From a virus: DNA of 64,000 nucleotides. Positions 18,039-28,778 of the stretch are shown piece after piece; the stretch's first letter is position 1, and the number at the start of each line of letters is the position of its first letter. The DNA is taken from IMG/VR virus record IMGVR_UViG_3300045988_167063, one strand, 5' to 3'. The position numbers and the translations under genes are program-made. The notes under the pieces were generated by a model, which was not told where the DNA came from, made no database searches, and saw only the letters and a list, made by a program, of their open reading frames with translations.

Positions 18039-19901
18039 TTATATTGTATTTTCCTCTGTGGCATTTGAAGTATTGGTTGTAGCCACACCCAATTCAATAT
18101 CACCATTTTTGGTACGCAATATCAACTTATCTGTTTCAATAATAATTTTTCTTTGCCAATTATTATCACTATCAAAACCTTCTTCAAAATGAATAGCATT
18201 TTTATAATCAAGGTTTTTCGTTAAAGGATTTAATCTACCAATATTTATATTATATTTATCTTTTATATTAAGAATATCTACATTTTCATTAAAGTTATTT
18301 ATAATGGATAGTTTAGTTTTTAATTTAGGAGAGTTAAGTACCAAATCTTCATCTCTTGAAATATACATTATCTTTTTCACGTTCAAAAGGTTTTGAAGTT
18401 CTTCAATGTCTTTTAGATTATTTTCTAATTCAGGAATTGTTCCTGTTCCATTTCCTAAACAAATAATTGTTCCCTTTAAACTATTTGGCAAATCAAAAAC
18501 TGTTTGATATTTTGTTTTATCATAGTCAGGAATGAAGCAAGGGGCAGCATCCATCCTAAAAACATAATATAATATATGACCTGTTTTATTTTCGCTATCT
18601 TCATCATCGGGAATGGGCAAAATTTCTCCATTACTTAAAATAAAACAATTATATTTATTTTCACTTAAATTATTGTTTTTTAATGTTACTCCCGACTTTA
18701 AGGTTTCTCTTGAGTCCCAATCAAGTCCAATTCCATAACCCCAATAAACAGGTGACCATCTATTGCAAACAAAAGTTATTGTTTGTTCATTATCATTTAT
18801 ACTGCTACAATTATAAAAAGTTAAACTATTATCTCCTACCGTATCTGCCCCTGTTCCTAATCCAAACGATACAGTTAAATTACTTGAATTTGATAAAAAC
18901 AAATTTGAGTTTACTAAATCAGGATTATAAGTATTATATGTTGTAAAAGCTCCATATCCAGCAGAAACTGTATTATTTTTAGTTCCTGATATATTATTTT
19001 CATCAAATTTTATATTTTCTCTATCTAATGGATTGACATATGGGTTTTCTTCATAATCTTTATATGTTTGAGAATAAACTCTTGAAATATATCCATTTCC
19101 CATATCGGCAAAATAAACGGTTGGGTCAAATACAGTTTTTTCATTGCCATTTTCGTCTATTATTTTTTTATAAACTTCATCTTTATAAATTCTCTTTGCA
19201 GTTGAATTTGGCAAAGAAATCAATTCTAATCGTATATCTTTTCTGTAATATGCCGAAAAAATATCATCTTTATCTTCAGGCGTAAAATCAATAAAAAGGC
19301 TTCCTTTTTTGATTGATTGTTGTTCAACAACCTTATCACTATGTAAAGATAACTCACCATTTTGTTTTAATTTAAAATACGCATTACAGCCATCTATCAG
19401 TCCATTTGTACTATTTGTTTCTCCTGCCCACAAAGCATATCTGTTTTTATTGGGTGACATACCAACATTTTTTGAGCCTTTTTTATTACTAAAAAATTCA
19501 CCAATTGTTTGTACCCAACCACCAAATTCACTTATAGAACTTGAATCGTCAATATGTAAGTCGGCAGATGTTAAATCCCCAACAATTTCAACTCCATTGA
19601 TTTTAGGTTTATTAACATTATTAACATAATCATTATTGACATTTATAATAAACATATTATTAAAGTTATTCATTGGCACAAGCACTTTAACAATTTCGTT
19701 CAATTTACACACTGCATTGCCTGCAACGGGTACATTGTTATATATAACATTTTTAACATTTACTGAATAAGTATTATTATCTGTAATTGCTGTTATTATG
19801 CCTATATATGTTTTATCAAATTTTGTTTCAGATATTTTTTTATCAACATAAGTTTCAATACCTTTTTGAAGTTGCCTTACCGCCTCTTCATATTTATTCA
19901 T
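18039..19901 (-). CDS. tail structural protein (first gene after tape measure)
   Basis: Position only. 620 aa. Confidence 0.4.
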   Translation of the reverse strand: MNKYEEAVRQLQKGIETYVDKKISETKFDKTYIGIITAITDNNTYSVNVKNVIYNNVPVAGNAVCKLNEIVKVLVPMNNFNNMFIINVNNDYVNNVNKPKINGVEIVGDLTSADLHIDDSSSISEFGGWVQTIGEFFSNKKGSKNVGMSPNKNRYALWAGETNSTNGLIDGCNAYFKLKQNGELSLHSDKVVEQQSIKKGSLFIDFTPEDKDDIFSAYYRKDIRLELISLPNSTAKRIYKDEVYKKIIDENGNEKTVFDPTVYFADMGNGYISRVYSQTYKDYEENPYVNPLDRENIKFDENNISGTKNNTVSAGYGAFTTYNTYNPDLVNSNLFLSNSSNLTVSFGLGTGADTVGDNSLTFYNCSSINDNEQTITFVCNRWSPVYWGYGIGLDWDSRETLKSGVTLKNNNLSENKYNCFILSNGEILPIPDDEDSENKTGHILYYVFRMDAAPCFIPDYDKTKYQTVFDLPNSLKGTIICLGNGTGTIPELENNLKDIEELQNLLNVKKIMYISRDEDLVLNSPKLKTKLSIINNFNENVDILNIKDKYNINIGRLNPLTKNLDYKNAIHFEEGFDSDNNWQRKIIIETDKLILRTKNGDIELGVATTNTSNATEENTI

Positions 19902-19917
19902 ATCTAAAACCTCTCTT

Positions 19918-19955
19918 TATGTACTATAAAGGAGTTAGATAAGCCTAACTCCTTT
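19918..19955 (-). promoter_or_regulatory. hairpin plus GTACATA unit (candidate late regulatory element)
   Basis: Minus strand: AAAGGAGTTAG-gcttat-CTAACTCCTTT, 3 nt, GTACATAAAGAGAGG, then ATG of 18039..19901. Confidence 0.4.
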
Positions 19956-19969
19956 ATCTAAAATATATT

Positions 19970-22900
19970 CTAATAAGATTTTTGTTTCATTTTTAAAGCA
20001 AAATCTTGTAAATAATTAACAAATTCTTCCCCATTATCCGTTTGAACATTCAAATTAGAAATATTTATATTTGTTGAATTTTCTTGTGAAGAATTATTTA
20101 TCGTGCCATTTCCTGCACCAAAGTTACTGCTACTAAAAGCACCAACATTATTTAAAATACCTGCTAAAGTATTTAAACTTTTAGCATTAACTACCCCACT
20201 ACCTTTTGGTAACATTGTAGTAATACCCTCATTTATTTTTGAGCCAACAACAAGTTCTGTATCTGGACTATCACCAACCAAAGCAATTTCGTCATTTTGA
20301 ACTCGTGCCACACCATCTGCGTGCTTTTTCTTTTTTTTCTTTTTAGATTTAGTCTTTGTAGAAGCAACAATCTTTTCAACTTTCTTATTTACAGATGCTT
20401 TTGAAACTTTTTTAGATGAACTTTTAGTCTTGTTTTCAAGTTCATCTAACTTTTTAGTCGCAGCCTCAAGCTTTTCAACTTGTTTTGTTGCACTTTCAAT
20501 TTTCTTTTGAATAGAAATGTATTTATTTTCAACATTACTTAATGTCGGAATAACATTATTTTTAAGTCCTTCTGTTCCAAAAATATCTGTTGTTCCAAGA
20601 TATTGTATTAAAAGTTGATTATTTTGAATATCTTTATATTTATTAGCAAGAGTATCAACTTGTTCCTTTTGCTTTTCAAGAATACTTATTTGATTATTAA
20701 GGCTATTAAGTATTCCGTCATTAGCCAATTTAATCTCATATTCTTTATCAAGACTATCTTGCTGTGCTTGTAAAATATCTCTTTGACTTTCAAGAGCAGA
20801 CACAGCATTTTCTTGTGCTTTTTCCCTATTATATTCATCTAAAGCTTGCTGTGCCTCATCTACTGCCCTTTCGTCAACACCATAAGTCCATTCGCCATCT
20901 TTAAATGTTTTGACTTTAGTCGCTTTAGCCTTTTGTAGTGCCTCAAGCTTTTCTTGTAATTCAATAGCATCGTTTACAGCATCATTAGCTTCTTCTTGCT
21001 TTTCAATTTCAGTATCAATAGCATCTATTTGAGATTGTAATAAGTCATTTTGTGCTTCTTTTTCAGCCTCAATCTGTTCTGTTCTTGCATCTTTTTCCTC
21101 TTCTAAAAGGTCAATTCTATCTTGAATTTTATCCGAAACAACACTGAAAACATCTTCAATATCCTCGGCTTGTTCTTTCCATTTATCAATGTTGTCCTCA
21201 AGTTTTTGCTTTTCCTTTTCAAGTTGTTTAGAAACCTTTTCAATAGATTTTGCAAGTTTCTTGTTTGCCTCGGTTAATGCCTTTTTAGCCTTTGTGGCTT
21301 TTGATGTAGCAGAAGAATTACTTTTAGTTGCTTTAGTTTGAGCAGCAGTGACCTTAAAGGATTTTTGCATTTGATTATGATAACCTTGATAAGCTTTCAT
21401 AATCTTTTCTTGACCCTCGGTCAATTTGTCTAAATTAACACCTTTACCACCTGCTGCCTCATTTGCAGTTGCAAGAGCAGTAGCAAAGCTTAGCACTCCT
21501 CCCGTAGCATTTGTAGCTTTATTACCCGTTGTTTCGGCAGTATCACCAAAAAGTCCAACTGCACTTTGAGCAAGATTAGACATATCGTTAGTGTTGCCCA
21601 TTGCATAATTATACATATCTTGAACAGCCGAATTGGCTAAAGTTTGAGTATAATTATTTGCAAGAGCTTGATTGAGATTGCCAAGCGTTGTTTTGTTAAT
21701 CTCAAATTGACCGCTATCGTTTATAAGATATTGTAAATATTCAGGTTGGAGGCTTAATAAATCTTGAAGTGTATCATAACTTACACCACCATATTTATTA
21801 TACTCTCTAAGAGCGTCTTTAGCAGTATCTTGAATATCTTTAAGTTCTTTAAGTTGAGTTGCTAAATCTTTTACAGCCTCGGCATTATCCGTAGTGCTAT
21901 CGGTGTTTTCGTCAGTTGAGTCGGTTGACTCGGATTGTGCATTTCTTTGTTTTAAATACTCATCGGTAGTCAAGCCTAAAGACTCTGCAAATTCTTTTGC
22001 TTGTTTTGCCGTTAATCCAAATTTCTTTAAAAGAGTTTTTTGACTTTCTGTCGCTTTATCCGCACTTTTAGCATTTTTGTTTTGAGTGCCATTTAATTTA
22101 TCTAAGGCTTTATTTGCTTCTTCGTTTGTTTGAGCATAAGCACCAAGATTTTCTTTGCCTATTTGATAAGCAATATTAGCATCTTCAAGAGTTTCTTTAT
22201 CTTGTTTTTGTTGTTCTGTGAGTTTTTTAATTTCTTCACTTGTTTGAGCTATGGCACTATCATAATTTTTATATCTGTTATTGCCTTGTTTTCTTAATTC
22301 GTCACTAACTTCTTGAAGTTTATCTTGATATTTTTGCAAGGCTTCTATTTGAGCTGTAATCCCCTTAGCAGATTTTACATCATCAAATTCAGACATTATA
22401 GAAATTTGTCCTTGACTCTGTTGTAATCGCTGAGATGTTAAATATCCTGTTAAAGAAGTGCCTTCTGTGGCTCTTTTAGTTGCACTTTTAACCTCACCAA
22501 CAGACTCTCTATATGTGGAAGCTGCCTCTTCAGCGTTTTGCTCTTTAAGAATTTCTAAATACTTTTCTCGTTCTTTAGTAGTGCCTTTAATAGCCTCTGT
22601 ATATTCACCAAAAATGTCGGTATTATTTTTGAGAATAGTATTTAATTCTTTTTCGGATAAATTTGTGTCGCTTAAATATTTTTCAAGTTCTTTATATTTA
22701 TCTGCACTTTCACTATAAGACTTTAGATTATCTCTTGCTTCTTTTGCGTTTTGTTCTTGTGTTTGCTTATATTTGTTATAAGCCATTACACCTATGCTTA
22801 TAGCAGATGTAACAAGACCGATAGCAGAAATAAGACCTTGTGTTGAAATTGCAAAACCCTCATTAGCAGTTGTTGCAGTATTTACACCTGTAACATATCC

Positions 22901-23542
22901 TGCAAAATGTTTTACAACTGTGGCTAAACCATTTGCCAAATCTTGTTTTATAGAATTAGCAAGATTTGCAATTCCACTTATAACACTATCAATTTTAAGG
23001 GCAATCACTTTAGCATTGATAGTAACTAAAATACCACCTATGGTAGTTAAAATAGCAACCAAATTGTTGCCATAGCCAATAAATTTGACTATACCTGTGC
23101 CAGCATCTACAAGATTCTTTAAAAATGTGTTAAGTCCACCCTCACCGAGTACAACCTCAGTAAACGCAGACTTTAATTGTGTAACCTTTGCTTGCAAGGA
23201 CTCCATATAAGCTTCGTTTTCTTTTGTTGCCGAGCCTTGCGAAGAAAGTGCTGTTATATTTGCCTCGATTGCCGTGTTGAAGTTACTCATAACGGCTGCG
23301 AATACCTTATATTGATGGTTAGAAGCAAGAGCATTACCAAGAGCAACTTGTTCCGTGTTGCTCATTGTTTCCCATTTAGGTGCTAAATCGGCAAGAATAT
23401 CATAGGTTGAACGAAGATTACCATTTCCGTCTTTAATTGCAACACCATATTCGGCTAATGCTTTTTCATTCTTTGCTATTCGGCTTGAAATGGTATTTAA
23501 ACCTCTTGCAACCTGTTGTGACTTGCCTTGGAATATTTCTGT
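19970..23542 (-). CDS. tail tape measure protein, exon 2
   Basis: The frame is open upstream of the ORF-track ATG back to TEIFQGKSQQVARGLNTISSRI (TMP core motif). Long coiled-coil body. Confidence 0.8.
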   Translation of the reverse strand, partial: TEIFQGKSQQVARGLNTISSRIAKNEKALAEYGVAIKDGNGNLRSTYDILADLAPKWETMSNTEQVALGNALASNHQYKVFAAVMSNFNTAIEANITALSSQGSATKENEAYMESLQAKVTQLKSAFTEVVLGEGGLNTFLKNLVDAGTGIVKFIGYGNNLVAILTTIGGILVTINAKVIALKIDSVISGIANLANSIKQDLANGLATVVKHFAGYVTGVNTATTANEGFAISTQGLISAIGLVTSAISIGVMAYNKYKQTQEQNAKEARDNLKSYSESADKYKELEKYLSDTNLSEKELNTILKNNTDIFGEYTEAIKGTTKEREKYLEILKEQNAEEAASTYRESVGEVKSATKRATEGTSLTGYLTSQRLQQSQGQISIMSEFDDVKSAKGITAQIEALQKYQDKLQEVSDELRKQGNNRYKNYDSAIAQTSEEIKKLTEQQKQDKETLEDANIAYQIGKENLGAYAQTNEEANKALDKLNGTQNKNAKSADKATESQKTLLKKFGLTAKQAKEFAESLGLTTDEYLKQRNAQSESTDSTDENTDSTTDNAEAVKDLATQLKELKDIQDTAKDALREYNKYGGVSYDTLQDLLSLQPEYLQYLINDSGQFEINKTTLGNLNQALANNYTQTLANSAVQDMYNYAMGNTNDMSNLAQSAVGLFGDTAETTGNKATNATGGVLSFATALATANEAAGGKGVNLDKLTEGQEKIMKAYQGYHNQMQKSFKVTAAQTKATKSNSSATSKATKAKKALTEANKKLAKSIEKVSKQLEKEKQKLEDNIDKWKEQAEDIEDVFSVVSDKIQDRIDLLEEEKDARTEQIEAEKEAQNDLLQSQIDAIDTEIEKQEEANDAVNDAIELQEKLEALQKAKATKVKTFKDGEWTYGVDERAVDEAQQALDEYNREKAQENAVSALESQRDILQAQQDSLDKEYEIKLANDGILNSLNNQISILEKQKEQVDTLANKYKDIQNNQLLIQYLGTTDIFGTEGLKNNVIPTLSNVENKYISIQKKIESATKQVEKLEAATKKLDELENKTKSSSKKVSKASVNKKVEKIVASTKTKSKKKKKKKHADGVARVQNDEIALVGDSPDTELVVGSKINEGITTMLPKGSGVVNAKSLNTLAGILNNVGAFSSSNFGAGNGTINNSSQENSTNINISNLNVQTDNGEEFVNYLQDFALKMKQKSY

Positions 23543-23544
23543 CT

Positions 23545-24663
23545 TTAAATTTTAATAAAATCGTCTAAAATCTTTTTAAATTTTCCATTTCTTATTATAT
23601 CATATTTTAATTTCAATAATGGAATATTATGTTTTTTACAATAATTTTCCTTTATTTTATCTCTCTCGATTTGATTTTGATAATTTACCAACGCTTTATC
23701 TTTAGCAATATTTCCAAAAAGAACAGGTTTATAATGTTGCTCACCCTGCACTTCAATTAAAATATTTTGTTTTGGCAAATAAAAATCAAAGGGATAAGGC
23801 TTAATATTTCCACAATCTTCAAATTTATATTCAGTGATAAAATCAATATTTTTAAATTTTAAATAATTTAACACAATTTTTTCCAATATTGATTTACTAC
23901 ACTCACTACAATAAATGCTTTTTCTTTGTTTTATACTATCCCAACTATGATAAGTAATATTTCCACACATACACTTTATTTTAAGTAGTTCATCACAATT
24001 TTTATATTCTGTACTTAATATTTCTATGCCTAAATTATTAAGCTTTATAAAATGTTTAATATTATCAATTGTATACGGATTAGATTTTATAAAAGGACTA
24101 AACATAGTATCTCTTCTCTGTTTTAAATTAGCATAACAAATCTTACCTTTATATCCATTTTTATCAATAACATCTATTAAAGTATCATTATATTCTATTT
24201 GACTTTTATCAAGAATAGTTAAACCGTGTTCGCTAAATACTTCTTCATATTGTTGTTCGTTCAATCTTTGAGCAATTCCTTTTCTACTTAAATAACATTT
24301 AGGACACAAATAATAATGTCTATTATAAATATTATTCCAATCACTTTTAAATAAATGCCCATTTAAATCTCTAAACAACATTTTAGTTGTCGAGTTTATA
24401 TATTTATGTGCTAAAATTTCAACAGGTATATTATTATTCTTAATATACTGCTTGATATTATTTAACGCAAATGGATTAACTGAATAAAAAGGAGAAAAAT
24501 CATTTCCAACATTAAATCTTGACCAACTTATAGAATATTTATATTCATTTTTGTCCTTAAATAAAACTTTTGTTTTATATCCCTGAAACTTAAAATCTAA
24601 TGGAATATATCCCTTGTTATATATTGAATTTATTATTGTTTCTTTAGTTACTTTCTTACTCAT
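23545..24663 (-). CDS. intron-encoded endonuclease, Vsr-like PD-(D/E)XK nuclease C-terminal domain
   Basis: Two repeated N-terminal modules (SPFYSVNPFALNNIKQYIKNNNI / SPFIKSNPYTIDNIKHFIKLNNL), Zn-ribbon CMCG...CSEC, nuclease motif FDFYLP...ILIEVQGEQH. Confidence 0.65.
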   Translation of the reverse strand: MSKKVTKETIINSIYNKGYIPLDFKFQGYKTKVLFKDKNEYKYSISWSRFNVGNDFSPFYSVNPFALNNIKQYIKNNNIPVEILAHKYINSTTKMLFRDLNGHLFKSDWNNIYNRHYYLCPKCYLSRKGIAQRLNEQQYEEVFSEHGLTILDKSQIEYNDTLIDVIDKNGYKGKICYANLKQRRDTMFSPFIKSNPYTIDNIKHFIKLNNLGIEILSTEYKNCDELLKIKCMCGNITYHSWDSIKQRKSIYCSECSKSILEKIVLNYLKFKNIDFITEYKFEDCGNIKPYPFDFYLPKQNILIEVQGEQHYKPVLFGNIAKDKALVNYQNQIERDKIKENYCKKHNIPLLKLKYDIIRNGKFKKILDDFIKI

Positions 24664-24803
24664 ATATCAATTTCTTTTTTAGACGATTTAATTTTCTTAT
24701 ATTTTCATATAAGAACCGACTATATTTTCATTTTAATAATAAAATGTAGGCTCTTTTGCTTTCGCTACTCTACTCACTTCGTCTACTTTTGTAGCTTATT
24801 CTA

Positions 24804-24832
24804 ATTATACCACAATTAGTTACATTTGTCAA
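24804..24832 (-). promoter_or_regulatory. sigma70-type promoter inside the intron, upstream of the endonuclease ORF
   Basis: Minus strand: TTGACA-aatgtaactaattgtgg-TATAAT (17-nt spacer, TG extended), same style as the early promoters. Confidence 0.4.
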
Positions 24833-25026
24833 GTATTTTTTACTTGATTGTTTTCGATAGTCTGTGAACCTTTCCTACTATTTCAAGTAAGACTTGGCTG
24901 CTGATTATCCATTATTACATATACATAATTTTCAAACATTCACACTTATAGTTTCCTATTATGTTGTAGTCTATGTATCTTTAGGACTTTCCAGCAATTT
25001 AGCCTATACAGGCAAGAAATTATTTC

Positions 25027-25719
25027 ACCTGCTGTTACTAATGCAATAGTTTGCTCAAAACTATTGCCATATGTACTTAAAGCAGCACCTGCCGCTGTTA
25101 AACCTTTACCAATATCACCTGATGAAACAGAAAAATTATTAGAAGTTTCATTGATAGCATCTATAATATGTTCGCTATTTTCTGCTTGAATATCAAAAGC
25201 TTTCATCTGTGAAATAAGAACAGCTGAAGCATCAGAAGCACTTAATTCTTCATCTGCAATATTTTGGTATAAGCTTGATATTTTTGCCAATTGAGCTGAT
25301 TGTTCATCTGAATAACCCGACTTTTTAAATTCTGTCGCAGCTTCAGTCATCTCAATACGAGTTCTTGCGACACTTTCACCCAACTCACCTAATTGTTGAG
25401 TGTATTCATTTAAGCTGTCACCACTTAAATCACTAACTTTTTTAAATTCGGTTAAAGCATCATCAAAATCTTTTACAATTTGAACTGCATTTGTAACACT
25501 TGCGGTAAATAATCCAATTACTGCTGTACTTATACCGAATTTAGCTACTTTCTTGGTAGTATCAATAAAATCACTACCAAGACTTTTTATTTTTGCACCT
25601 AACCCTGTAATTTGGTTAGTAGCGTCTTTAGTGTCAACGCTAATTTTCTTTTTACTTAATTGTTTTTGAACATCAGAAGTATCAACTCTGACCTTCGCAT
25701 TTATGAAAAAATCAGCCAA
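25027..25719 (-). CDS. tail tape measure protein, exon 1
   Basis: TTG start directly after the RuvC stop. Ends ...FEQTIALVTAG. The remaining 26 codons of the ORF-track frame are intron read-through. Confidence 0.8.
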
Positions 25720-26265
25720 CTAATCACCCACCTTTGATTTTCGACCAAAAGCATTATTATTTTTGGGTTTAATTTGCGAATATGCAATATTTATTGCATC
25801 AGCAATATCATCTTGATTATATTTGCTTGTTTTACTTTTCCATATTAAATCAAGACCAAATGTTTTATTTGCATATTCTATACTTGATTGCTTCATCAAT
25901 TCTCGTTCTGTGTCTTTTCTTTTGCCTGTAAATAAGCCTAAATCAGCTCTCCATTTAGACACAGCAATATATTCGACTTTTATATCAAAAGCCGTTACAA
26001 TACCTGCTATAATGCCCTGCAAGAACGCTAATATTTTTAGTGTTTGAGGGTTTTTCATTATAAGAGGCACATCTTCTATGTAAATAATATCTATCTTATG
26101 AGTTACAATAAATTCTTTAAGCCTATCACCCATCCAAAATGCCCTATCTCGCCAATCAACTATGTCTTTAGGTATTGCCCAAACACCATAGTCGATTAAC
26201 CTATCATCCTTAAATAAGCCATAGCCACTTTTAGTTGAACTCATATCAAGACCCAAACTAATCAT
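25720..26265 (-). CDS. RuvC-like Holliday junction resolvase
   Basis: ISLGLDMSSTKSGYG (first catalytic Asp), IIYIEDVP, DDIADAINIAY, a typical RuvC-fold acidic tetrad layout. Confidence 0.75.
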   Translation of the reverse strand: MISLGLDMSSTKSGYGLFKDDRLIDYGVWAIPKDIVDWRDRAFWMGDRLKEFIVTHKIDIIYIEDVPLIMKNPQTLKILAFLQGIIAGIVTAFDIKVEYIAVSKWRADLGLFTGKRKDTERELMKQSSIEYANKTFGLDLIWKSKTSKYNQDDIADAINIAYSQIKPKNNNAFGRKSKVGD

Positions 26266-26776
26266 AAGAAGTAAAAACCCCTTTCAAGCCGACTTTAGAA
26301 CATTCATTCTTGAAAATATCATAGGCATTAGCGTAAAGCCAAGTTTCAAATTTAGACCAAAAAGGGCGAGCAGGTGGGTTACCAATAGTATAACCTATTC
26401 CTGTTTCAATTATCTCTGCAAGTTCTTTTCTATCAGCGTGCATAATAACATTTTTCATTTTTCTTTTTTTCATTATAGAAAAATTTTGTTCTATTCCACC
26501 GATAATCTCATTTGCTACTACTTTTGTATTTCTCTTATAAAACGATTTTTCAAATTCGTATGTACGAAGTCCTGCCTTTGCCCAATCGCCCTTATAAGCC
26601 TCGTAAACTTCACTTTCAATAATGTCTTTTAATTTATCTAAACATTGAGTCAAAGTCGCTTTAAACGCAATTCTAAGCCGTCTTATAAGCACTTGTTGCA
26701 ATTCAGCCTCATTACTTATTGTTCTCTTTCCTGCCAACTGCTTCCTCGACCTTTTTAATAAATTCTTTTGTATCAA
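26258..26776 (-). CDS. HK97 gp10-like tail/head-tail component
   Basis: IIETGIGYTIGNPPARPFW resembles the vE.G......a.PF motif of the HK97 gp10 family. Start uncertain, since it overlaps the upstream gene. Confidence 0.4.
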   Translation of the reverse strand: MIQKNLLKRSRKQLAGKRTISNEAELQQVLIRRLRIAFKATLTQCLDKLKDIIESEVYEAYKGDWAKAGLRTYEFEKSFYKRNTKVVANEIIGGIEQNFSIMKKRKMKNVIMHADRKELAEIIETGIGYTIGNPPARPFWSKFETWLYANAYDIFKNECSKVGLKGVFTSYD

Positions 26777-27119
26777 AGTTCTTTGGTATCTTTTTCATAC
26801 CTTTTTCAATTGACTTATTAAGACCTTCAAGAAATTCTCTAAAAGTCTGCTCAATGCTATTTTCTTTTCTAATACAATCCTCAAGAACCTCGATATTTGT
26901 AATGGCAAAATAGCCATTATCAAGAAAATCTTTTTCTGCAAGTTCGTTATAAACAGTAACATCGTCTTTATCACTAAAATCATAATCAAGACAATATTTT
27001 GCAACAAGAACAGTTTTAATGAGTTCGCACTCATAAGAAGTATGTTTTTCGGCACATTGATTTACAATATTGCCAATTTCCTCAATAGTAAGATAATTTT
27101 TCTTTAATTTTAATTCCAT
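26712..27119 (-). CDS. hypothetical protein
   Basis: ATG 27119 after AAAGGAGAG. Acidic helical protein. Confidence 0.5.
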   Translation of the reverse strand: MELKLKKNYLTIEEIGNIVNQCAEKHTSYECELIKTVLVAKYCLDYDFSDKDDVTVYNELAEKDFLDNGYFAITNIEVLEDCIRKENSIEQTFREFLEGLNKSIEKGMKKIPKNFDTKEFIKKVEEAVGRKENNK

Positions 27120-27139
27120 TATATTCTCTCCTTTATAAA

Positions 27140-28513
27140 TTATGCAAGTTGCCAATTCTTTGAAGTTATAGCACTTTTCTGCTCTTCCGTCAATTTTGAT
27201 TTCACATCTGCGTGTAATGTTAATGTTTGTTGACTTGTAACTGTTGCTAAACCATTTATAAGACTTTGAATAGACTCATCTGTCAATAATGGTGAGTCAC
27301 CCAAATTGAAGCTTATTTTAATACTATTTTCTACAAAAGTAACATTTTTTAAATTTGAACAGCCTAAAAACATATTAGATACATTTGTTGCACTACTTAA
27401 ATCTAATCCTTTAGCTGTTTCTAATAAGGTTTTTCCATTAAAAAGCTCACTAAAATTAGTTACTTTCGATGTGGAATTTACAAAATCTATGGACTTTAAA
27501 TTTGTAGAGTCTGTAAAAGGAGGTAATGAAGTTGCTGAACTTACATTAAATTCCCCAATACTTTCCAAATTAGAACATCCTTTAAACGGATTACCAAGAG
27601 ATTTAACTTTGGGAACGGATAACACACCTATTGTTTTTAAATTAGTGCAATTAGTAAGAAAACCATTTGTATTTGTCGTACTATCAAGACTGACATTTCC
27701 AATAGATACTAAATTAGTACAACCACTAAACATATCATTTGAGATTGTTGCTAAAGGTGCTTCAATACTTCCAATTTCCGTTAATGAGGTACAACCTTTA
27801 AATAATTGATATACAGTTGTTACTTTCGGAATATCTAAATTTTGTAGAAAGTTATTTAATTTTGAACAATTTTGAAAAAGACCCTTGGCTGTTGTAGCTT
27901 TAGGAAGAAATAAATTAGGCACTTTAGTAATTTGTGTCTGACCGAAAATATAATCAGCATTAGTTACATTTGGAAAATTCAAATCTTCTTCTCCTAAATC
28001 GCTTAATGAACTTGCCCAAAACATCTCACCCATATTAATAATAATTTCGTGATTAAACCTCGGCAATCGAGTGATTTTTGTGCCATATCCAAACATAGCA
28101 AAACCATTAGTCATCTTATTAAAATTTAGATTTTTTATACTTTCATCAGTTAGCTTAGTACAAGCTTTAAATGTTGAAGTAAAATTAGTACCAGCACTTG
28201 TATCAATATCTATATCTACTAAATTAGAACAGCCATTAAAAGCATTGCTCCAATTGGTTATTTTTACACATTCTTCATTAAAATAATTAGGCATAACTTT
28301 TAAATATGTATTGCCCTTAAAAAAAGTTGGATTAGCAGAACTAAAGTTAATTACATTATTTAATGCCCATTCCCATTGTTCACTCGCTCCACTTATTCCT
28401 CTGATTTTATCATCAAATTCACTTGCCTTAATTTTATCTGTTGTTTTTGTTTTTTCTCTTATTGCATTTGCCACATCGGTTAAATAGTTTTTTAAATTAT
28501 CAGTCCTTGCCAT
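27140..28513 (-). CDS. BspA-type leucine-rich-repeat protein (possible receptor-binding protein)
   Basis: Repeats of F.GC.NL..I.. (FNGCSNLVDIDI, FKACTKLTDESI, FQNCSKLNNFLQ, FKGCTSLTEIGS, FSGCTNLVSIGN ...). ATG 28513 after GGAGGA. Confidence 0.7.
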   Translation of the reverse strand: MARTDNLKNYLTDVANAIREKTKTTDKIKASEFDDKIRGISGASEQWEWALNNVINFSSANPTFFKGNTYLKVMPNYFNEECVKITNWSNAFNGCSNLVDIDIDTSAGTNFTSTFKACTKLTDESIKNLNFNKMTNGFAMFGYGTKITRLPRFNHEIIINMGEMFWASSLSDLGEEDLNFPNVTNADYIFGQTQITKVPNLFLPKATTAKGLFQNCSKLNNFLQNLDIPKVTTVYQLFKGCTSLTEIGSIEAPLATISNDMFSGCTNLVSIGNVSLDSTTNTNGFLTNCTNLKTIGVLSVPKVKSLGNPFKGCSNLESIGEFNVSSATSLPPFTDSTNLKSIDFVNSTSKVTNFSELFNGKTLLETAKGLDLSSATNVSNMFLGCSNLKNVTFVENSIKISFNLGDSPLLTDESIQSLINGLATVTSQQTLTLHADVKSKLTEEQKSAITSKNWQLA

Positions 28514-28514
28514 A

Positions 28515-28778
28515 TTAATAACTATCCTCCAATGCACCCATAATTAAATTATAAACAGCCTTACTACTTGCTATTCCTGTGGATTGTGCAGTAATCTCGC
28601 TGTCACATAAATCATCAGTTGTTTTATTGCCTTCAAGTATAATTCCGTTAATCTGTGGTTTATCTGTTAAGCCATTATAACTTGTCACATTTTTAACACG
28701 CTTAATTAATTCATCAAAATAATAATTAAGTGTATTTTGACCGTCAACAGCCTTTTGTGCTTCACTTGCCAAACTCAA
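28515..28778 (-). CDS. small fiber-module protein
   Basis: ORF in the fiber cluster. GLTDKPQINGIILEGNKT and SSKAVYNLI motifs are common in phage fiber N-terminal regions. Confidence 0.45.
   Translation of the reverse strand: MSLASEAQKAVDGQNTLNYYFDELIKRVKNVTSYNGLTDKPQINGIILEGNKTTDDLCDSEITAQSTGIASSKAVYNLIMGALEDSY

Larger units (their letters stand above)
23543..25026 (-). mobile_element. group I intron with PD-(D/E)XK (Vsr-like) endonuclease ORF in tape measure gene
   Basis: Follows ggT of ...ALVTAG. Contains GGTTCACAGACTATCG and AAATATAGTCGG core elements upstream of the ORF. Terminal G at 23543. Confidence 0.7.

Noticed and set aside
20325-20345. T-rich homopolymer tract (poly-Lys KKKKKKK in the TMP) as a programmed slippage or phase-variation site
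   Set aside because: The frame is intact on both sides and no alternative frame extends beyond it. It is most simply a lysine-rich linker in an AT-rich genome.
24946-25026. C-terminal 26 codons of ORF 24946..25719 (EIISCLYRLNCWKVLKIHRLQHNRKL)
   Set aside because: This is read-through into the intron after the inferred splice donor. The TMP motif continues in frame at 23542 instead.
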